Of a DNA stretch of 64,000 bases, positions 58,673 to 64,000 are shown piece after piece. The DNA lies in NCBI GenBank assembly GCA_965228895.1, contig OZ245842.1:4064001-4128000 (forward strand), in the 5' to 3' direction. The DNA comes from Alphaproteobacteria bacterium. GTDB taxonomy: Bacteria; Pseudomonadota; Alphaproteobacteria; SP197. The position numbers were made by a program, and so were the translations under genes. The notes under the pieces are model-generated. The model was not told the DNA's origin and ran no database searches. It saw only the letters and a list, made by a program, of their open reading frames with translations. Every line of letters starts with the position of its first letter. Positions within the stretch are counted from its first letter, which is position 1.

Positions 58673-59773
58673 ATGCCGAAGAAGAAGGACAACACCGCTG
58701 CCACAGCCAAGGCGCCGAAGACGCGCAACGGCAAGACGTTCGACAAGTCGATCAACCTGGCGCTTCAAGGCGGCGGTGCCCACGGCGCGTTCACCTGGGG
58801 TGTGCTGGACCGGCTACTGGAAGACGGCCGGATCTTCATCGAAGCGGTCAGCGGCACATCGGCCGGCGCCATGAACGCGGTCGTCATGGCCGACGGCCTG
58901 ATGCGCGGCGGCGAAGATGGCGCGCGCGAGTCGCTCGAAACATTTTGGCGGTCGATCAGCGCCGTCGGTGCCTTGAGCCCCATCCAACGCGGGCCCATCG
59001 ATGTCTTCATGGGCAAGTGGAGCCTGGACAACAGTCCGAGCTACGCGATGTTCGACCTGATCAACCGGGTGACGTCGCCCTATGATCTCAACCCGCTCAA
59101 CATCAACCCGCTGCAGGCCATTCTGGAAGACGCCGTCGACTTCGATCTCGTCCGCTCATGCGACAAGATGAAGGTGTTGATCTCGGCGACCAACGTCGAA
59201 ACCGGCAAAGTCCGTGTCTTCAACCGCCACGAACTGACCGGCGACATGGTCATGGCGTCGGCCTGCATCCCCTTTATCTTTCAAGCGGTCGAGATCGACG
59301 GCGTGCCCTATTGGGATGGCGGTTACATGGGCAATCCCGTGCTCTTCCCTTTTTATGACGAGAGCACGTCCGACGACATCGTCATCGTCCAGATCAACCC
59401 GGTCGAGCGCAAGGGGACGCCGCGCACATCGCGCGAAATCTTCAACCGCGTCAACGAGATCACCTTCAACAGCAGCCTCTTGAAGGAACTGCGCGCCATC
59501 GATTTCGTGCAGCGCCTGCTCGACGACGGCAAGCTCGACCCCGAGCACTACCGGCGTTTGTTCATCCACGTCATCGACGCGCACGACGAGCTCATGCGGC
59601 TGGGTGCGACATCCAAGCTGAACGCGGAATGGGACTTCCTGCATCACCTGTTCAAGATCGGCCGCCAGACGACAGACCAATGGCTTGAGGCCGCCTACGA
59701 CGATCTGGGTGCCCAGTCGACTGTCGATACCCGCGCCCTGTTTCAAGGTTTGGGCGCCGAGCACCATGGCTGA
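58673..59773 (+). CDS. Patatin-like phospholipase
   Basis: QGGGAHGA oxyanion motif, GTSAG nucleophile, WDGGY catalytic Asp. Confidence 0.9.
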   Translation: MPKKKDNTAATAKAPKTRNGKTFDKSINLALQGGGAHGAFTWGVLDRLLEDGRIFIEAVSGTSAGAMNAVVMADGLMRGGEDGARESLETFWRSISAVGALSPIQRGPIDVFMGKWSLDNSPSYAMFDLINRVTSPYDLNPLNINPLQAILEDAVDFDLVRSCDKMKVLISATNVETGKVRVFNRHELTGDMVMASACIPFIFQAVEIDGVPYWDGGYMGNPVLFPFYDESTSDDIVIVQINPVERKGTPRTSREIFNRVNEITFNSSLLKELRAIDFVQRLLDDGKLDPEHYRRLFIHVIDAHDELMRLGATSKLNAEWDFLHHLFKIGRQTTDQWLEAAYDDLGAQSTVDTRALFQGLGAEHHG

Positions 59774-59789
59774 CTGTCGCCCACGATCT

Positions 59790-59948
59790 CCCTCTCCCCT
59801 TGAGGGAGAGGGCCGGGGTGAGGGGTCGCGCGCGATAGCGCGCAAGAAGACCTTTATCGTCACCAGCTAGCCATCCCCCTCACCCAGCTTCGGCTAAGGC
59901 ACTGACGCGCCAAAGCCTGCGCAACCCTCTCCCTCGCTGGGGAGAGGG
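59790..59948. repeat. Pair of inverted REP-like palindromes (CCCTCTCCC...GGGAGAGGG)
   Basis: CCCTCTCCC-CTTGA-GGGAGAGGG-CCGGGGTGAGGGG (59790-59825) and an inverted partner CCCCTCACCC...CCCTCTCCC-TCGCTG-GGGAGAGGG (59876-59948), between convergent genes. Confidence 0.8.
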
Positions 59949-59976
59949 AACCGAAGTCGAGCGTCAAGCTAGACCG

Positions 59977-62010
59977 CTACCTGAGCGCCGCCGCGATGTT
60001 GCCGCCGTCAACGGTGATCACCGCCGCCGTCGTCTTTTCGGCCAGCGCCAGATCGACAAACGCCTGGGCGACGTCTTCCGCCGTGACCTCGCGGTGCAGC
60101 AGGTTGCCTTCCATGTAATCGGCTTCCGACAGACCACGGGCTTTCGACCGCGACTTGATCATCGCGGGCGTCAGGAGGCCGGAGCGGATGCGGTCTGCGT
60201 TGACCGCGTTCGACCGGATGCCGTCGCCGCCATAGTCGAGCGCGTATTGGCGCATCAAAAAGAGCGTCGCCGCCTTGGGCAGACCATAGGGACCGAAATC
60301 CTTACCCGGATTGACCGCCTGCTTGGACGTGTTGAACAGCAGACAGCCGCCCTGCCCCTGCACCGTCATGATCGCGACAGCGTTCTTGGCGACATGCTGG
60401 TGACCCCAGAAATTCAACTCGAAACTGGTGCGCAACACCTTGTCGTCGACATCGCCAATCCGGCCCTGCCAGGCCGCGCCAGCGTTCGACACGACAATAT
60501 CGACACCGCCGAAGGCCGCCGCGACCTTGCCGAATGCCGCCTTGACGGACTTGCCATCGGTGACATCACAGGCCAGCCCCAGACCACCGATCGATGCGGC
60601 CACGGTCTCGGCCGCCTTGGCGTCGCGATCCAGCACGGCGACCACTGCGCCCTCGCCCGCCATGGCGCGCGCCGTCGCCGCGCCGATGCCCGAGCCGCCG
60701 CCGGTGACGACGGCGATCTTACGCTGTAGCGGCTTTTCAGCGGCCTTGCCCAGCTTCGCCTGTTCCAGCGACCAGTATTCGATTTCGAAGATGTCGCGCT
60801 CGGGTATCACGGTGTAGCGGCCGTTACGCTCGGCATCGGTGATAACCGCGATGTTGGTCTCGAACAAATCGGCGGCGATGCCGGCAGCTTTTTTGGAGTT
60901 CCCCAGGCCGATGATACCGAGCCCCGGCACCGCAATCATGCGCGGCATCGGATCAAGCGGCTTCTTCTTGACCTTCGACACCGCGTTGTTGCGTTTGAAG
61001 TAGGCCTCGTAGTCCGAAACGTAGGCGGCGACTGCCTTCTGAGCGCCATCGCGGAAACGATCGAGCTTGCCGGCCTCCGGCGCCGGCACGATCAAGGGTT
61101 TGGCCTTGGTGCGGATGACGTGATCGGGCGTCACCGTTCCCTGCTGGCCATAACGCGCGAGGTCCTTGCCGCCGACGTAATCGCGGATCGCTTTCGACGT
61201 CCGGAAATCGAAGATCAGCCGCTTGCCGTCGTGGCTCGTTAGGCCGCGCAAGATAGGCGCGACATCGCCGGCTGCCGCAATCTTCGCCGGCAGACGTTTC
61301 TGCGCGAAGCTCTTCTTCGCACCTTGCCGCGCGCGCTTCTCGGCCTCTGTCACCGCGCGGATCATGCGCTGATAGGCCTCTTTCGCCGTGTCACCAAAGG
61401 TGAAGATGCCGTGTTTCAGCAGGATCAGGCCTTCGACATCCTCGTTCCGGCGGAACACCTCAAGCGCTCTCATCGAGAGATCGAAACCCGGCATGATGTA
61501 GGGGACGTAGCCGAAGCGATCACCCCAGAGCTCGCGGCACACCGCTTCGCCGTTCTTGAGGTCGGTCAGCGCCAGGACGGCGTTCGAATGGGTATGGTCG
61601 ATAAACTTGTGCGGCAGAAAGGCGTGCAGCAGCGTCTCGACCGAGGGGTTGGGCGATGAGGCGTCCAGCAGGTTGACCCGCTGGGCGTTGACCATCGCCT
61701 CGTCGGAGAGCGACTTGAGTCCGACCATCTTCTGCAAGGGACCCAGGCGCACCGCCGGCAGCCCGGCCGGCTCGATATCGCCCATGTCCCAGCCCGACCC
61801 CTTGACACACAGGACATCGGTCGCCTCGCCCAGGTGGTCCGGCATGACCGTCTTGACCGAGGTGTTGCCGCCGCCGTGCAGCACCAGGCGCGGCTCCTGC
61901 CCCAGAAGCCGCGACGTATAGACGCGCAGCGCCAAGTCAGCGTTGACGCCTTGCTTGCCGTAGAGCTTGACGTAGCTGGCGGCTTCCCGCTCCGACCACA
62001 TGGACTTCAT
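59977..62010 (-). CDS. Bifunctional class II aldolase / short-chain dehydrogenase (RhaD/YuxG-like)
   Basis: LHGGGNTS-x-K, KGSG, PSVETLLH, DHTH, EYWSLEQAKL, then SDR TGGGSGIG, NAG, YGLPK. Confidence 0.9.
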   Translation of the reverse strand: MKSMWSEREAASYVKLYGKQGVNADLALRVYTSRLLGQEPRLVLHGGGNTSVKTVMPDHLGEATDVLCVKGSGWDMGDIEPAGLPAVRLGPLQKMVGLKSLSDEAMVNAQRVNLLDASSPNPSVETLLHAFLPHKFIDHTHSNAVLALTDLKNGEAVCRELWGDRFGYVPYIMPGFDLSMRALEVFRRNEDVEGLILLKHGIFTFGDTAKEAYQRMIRAVTEAEKRARQGAKKSFAQKRLPAKIAAAGDVAPILRGLTSHDGKRLIFDFRTSKAIRDYVGGKDLARYGQQGTVTPDHVIRTKAKPLIVPAPEAGKLDRFRDGAQKAVAAYVSDYEAYFKRNNAVSKVKKKPLDPMPRMIAVPGLGIIGLGNSKKAAGIAADLFETNIAVITDAERNGRYTVIPERDIFEIEYWSLEQAKLGKAAEKPLQRKIAVVTGGGSGIGAATARAMAGEGAVVAVLDRDAKAAETVAASIGGLGLACDVTDGKSVKAAFGKVAAAFGGVDIVVSNAGAAWQGRIGDVDDKVLRTSFELNFWGHQHVAKNAVAIMTVQGQGGCLLFNTSKQAVNPGKDFGPYGLPKAATLFLMRQYALDYGGDGIRSNAVNADRIRSGLLTPAMIKSRSKARGLSEADYMEGNLLHREVTAEDVAQAFVDLALAEKTTAAVITVDGGNIAAALR

Positions 62011-62097
62011 CGGCTTTTCCTGTTCCTCGACCGACCCTGGACAGCCTTTTATAGCGTTCCCGGGGGTCTTGATAAGGCAGAATGGTGGGGCGATCGC

Positions 62098-62730
62098 TTA
62101 GACGTCGCTGAGCACCCGATAAAGCCAGATGCGGTGTTCGACCTCCGGTTCGCCTTTCGGCATGGAATGGAAGGGGTCGCTGACCTCGACCAGTTCCCAG
62201 GCGCCGTCTTCGCTGAGCGAATCCATGACGTCGCCAAAACCCGGCGGCGGCTCGTCATGGCGAAGGGTAAAGCAGATCAGCCCGCCCGGTTTAACGATGC
62301 GCACGAGTTCGTCCAGGCAGGTCGCGGGCGCATGGCCGGGCGTGAAGACGCCGGAACTCAGCACGCCGTCATAACTGTCGGTCTCATAGTCGAGCGCTTC
62401 GCCCAGAACGCCAACCCGGACGTCGCCATAGATGCCACGTGCCCGAGCCTTTTCCAGCATACGGGTTGAGAGATCCACGGCGTCGATCGACGTGAACCCC
62501 GCGACCCTGGCCGCCAACCCGACCGTGCCGCTGCCCGCCCCGGCATCGAGCAGGCGCGCATCGTCGGCCAGATGCGGGCGGACCGCGGCGACGACAAGTT
62601 CGTGCCCGCGATAGCCATAGTCGTCGACGATCTGGGCGTCATAGGCGTCCGCCCATTCGTCGTAGGCCGCGCGCAGCTCTTCCTTCGTCTTGGCGTTGTA
62701 GATTACCGAGAGATCAAGATGATCGGCCAT
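62098..62730 (-). CDS. Class I SAM-dependent methyltransferase
   Basis: Start MADHLD (ATG 62730), YDEWA-x-x-YD, LDAGAGSG, DLS-x-x-ML, GH, RIVKPGG. Confidence 0.87.
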   Translation of the reverse strand: MADHLDLSVIYNAKTKEELRAAYDEWADAYDAQIVDDYGYRGHELVVAAVRPHLADDARLLDAGAGSGTVGLAARVAGFTSIDAVDLSTRMLEKARARGIYGDVRVGVLGEALDYETDSYDGVLSSGVFTPGHAPATCLDELVRIVKPGGLICFTLRHDEPPPGFGDVMDSLSEDGAWELVEVSDPFHSMPKGEPEVEHRIWLYRVLSDV

Positions 62731-62735
62731 GGTGC

Positions 62736-63890
62736 CTAGCGCATCATGCCCGCCATCAGACGCGCGAAGTGCTGGGTCGCCGGGTCCCAGAACGGCGAGA
62801 GGACACCGCCGTCGAAGCCCGGCGAGTTCCTGGCCATCTGCATGTTCTCGACGATCTTGAAATCCTCGGTGTTGAGCTCGTCCCACATGTCGTAGACGGC
62901 CTGACGATGTTTCGCATAGGCCGGTTCGCTCGCCGCCTCGTCGACGAAATACATGTGGATGTGCTCGATGGTGCGGTCTGGCGCCAGCGCATGCAGTTGG
63001 AAGATCGCCATCTGGTCGGGCCAGATCTGGATAGCGGTGGTGGGGAACAGGTGGAAGTACCATTCCGTCTTCTGGCCGACCTCGTCGAGGCCCGGATAGA
63101 ACGGCATGCCGATGCCGCGGCCTTCCTGCGGCTCGGAGATCAGCGAGGTGTTGTGGAACCACGGACCTTCCGTCTGAACGCCGATGCGTTCGGTAATCGG
63201 CGTGAACTCCTCCAGGCGCGGATGGACCGCCGGCACGTGATAGGCATCGTAGAAGTTCTCGTAGATCAGCTTCCAATTGCCCTTGACGTCGAAGTCCAGC
63301 GTCTTAGCATAGCGCAGCGCGCCGAAATCATAGTCCCGTGTGCGCCGCGCGAACGGTTCCCAATGGTCGTTGAAGTCGGGCGCCTCGCCGGAGATGTCGA
63401 CAAAGATCAGGTCATGCCAGACCGCGTGGCGTACCGGCATCATGTCCGACGTGCCGGGCGCAGGATCCGTGTCGTGTTGCCCACCGCCATAGAAATGCGG
63501 GCGCGACCTGAGCTTGCCGTCCAGGCCATAGGCCCAGGCGTGATAGGGACAGGTCAGCATACGCTGGGCGCTGCACTTCTCCGGCACGATGACCGCACCG
63601 CGGTGACGGCAGACGTTGTGAAAGACCCGGATCTCGCCATCGTTGTCGCGCAGGATGACGAGCGGCATGCCGGCCATCCAGACCGGGCTGGCATCGCCTT
63701 TGCCGGGGACGTCGTGGCAGAAACCGGCCAGCATCCACGTCCGCGCAAAGACCTTACGGTTCTCCTCGGCGAGCCATGCGTCGCTGGTGTAGCACTCGTT
63801 CGGCAACCCCGAGCCATCCTCGGTCGCAACGTCGAAACGGCTCAAAACGTCGTCACTCAGAACCGGTTTCTGTGTCGGGACGTTCATCAC
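62736..63890 (-). CDS. Rieske non-heme iron oxygenase alpha subunit (choline monooxygenase / CntA / GbcA-like group)
   Basis: Rieske CRH...CPYH, mononuclear iron NWK...ENFYDAYHVPAVH, distal ED. GAGGAGG RBS. Confidence 0.92.
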   Translation of the reverse strand: MMNVPTQKPVLSDDVLSRFDVATEDGSGLPNECYTSDAWLAEENRKVFARTWMLAGFCHDVPGKGDASPVWMAGMPLVILRDNDGEIRVFHNVCRHRGAVIVPEKCSAQRMLTCPYHAWAYGLDGKLRSRPHFYGGGQHDTDPAPGTSDMMPVRHAVWHDLIFVDISGEAPDFNDHWEPFARRTRDYDFGALRYAKTLDFDVKGNWKLIYENFYDAYHVPAVHPRLEEFTPITERIGVQTEGPWFHNTSLISEPQEGRGIGMPFYPGLDEVGQKTEWYFHLFPTTAIQIWPDQMAIFQLHALAPDRTIEHIHMYFVDEAASEPAYAKHRQAVYDMWDELNTEDFKIVENMQMARNSPGFDGGVLSPFWDPATQHFARLMAGMMR

Positions 63891-64000
63891 AACCTCCTCA
63901 GCATCGGTCGGTTGGCAGCCCGAAAATCATTCCACGAAGTCCAAGGTTGTACAACGGTTCAATAACCAGCCATTGTCGCGCACGCTCAGTCGATGGTTTC

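Overview
High-GC alphaproteobacterial chromosomal segment (probably a marine Rhodospirillales-like organism, inferred from gene content) with about 50 densely packed CDSs and one tRNA-Gly(CCC). No integrase, transposase, phage or CRISPR was seen. Housekeeping blocks (apaG-folE-trkH-argE, argD-argF-hslO, mlaA-mlaC) alternate with accessory metabolism: putative oxalyl-CoA synthetase/reductase, 5-oxoprolinase, GGT, a pyruvate decarboxylase-type enzyme, methylated-amine enzymes (MttB-family, GcvT-type dehydrogenase, Rieske oxygenase, methyltransferases) and a phasin-bdhA-patatin cluster. Most notable: (1) a 142-bp insertion made of two inverted, strongly covarying 65-nt hairpins, flanked by a 7-bp direct repeat, that frameshifts the 5' end of an ABC permease gene and supplies a new start codon; (2) a CBS-DUF294 nucleotidyltransferase plus membrane-anchored DEDDh nuclease pair divergent from a sodium:solute symporter locus, a candidate writer/eraser signalling system; (3) a LysR/MttB/GcvT/HisD-like/DegT/ThrC-like cluster that looks like an undescribed catabolic pathway; (4) a perfect FNR/FixK class II promoter driving a small protein and a paralog-type FtsH, convergent with the decarboxylase. 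All functional calls come from motif recognition by eye; no database searches were run.
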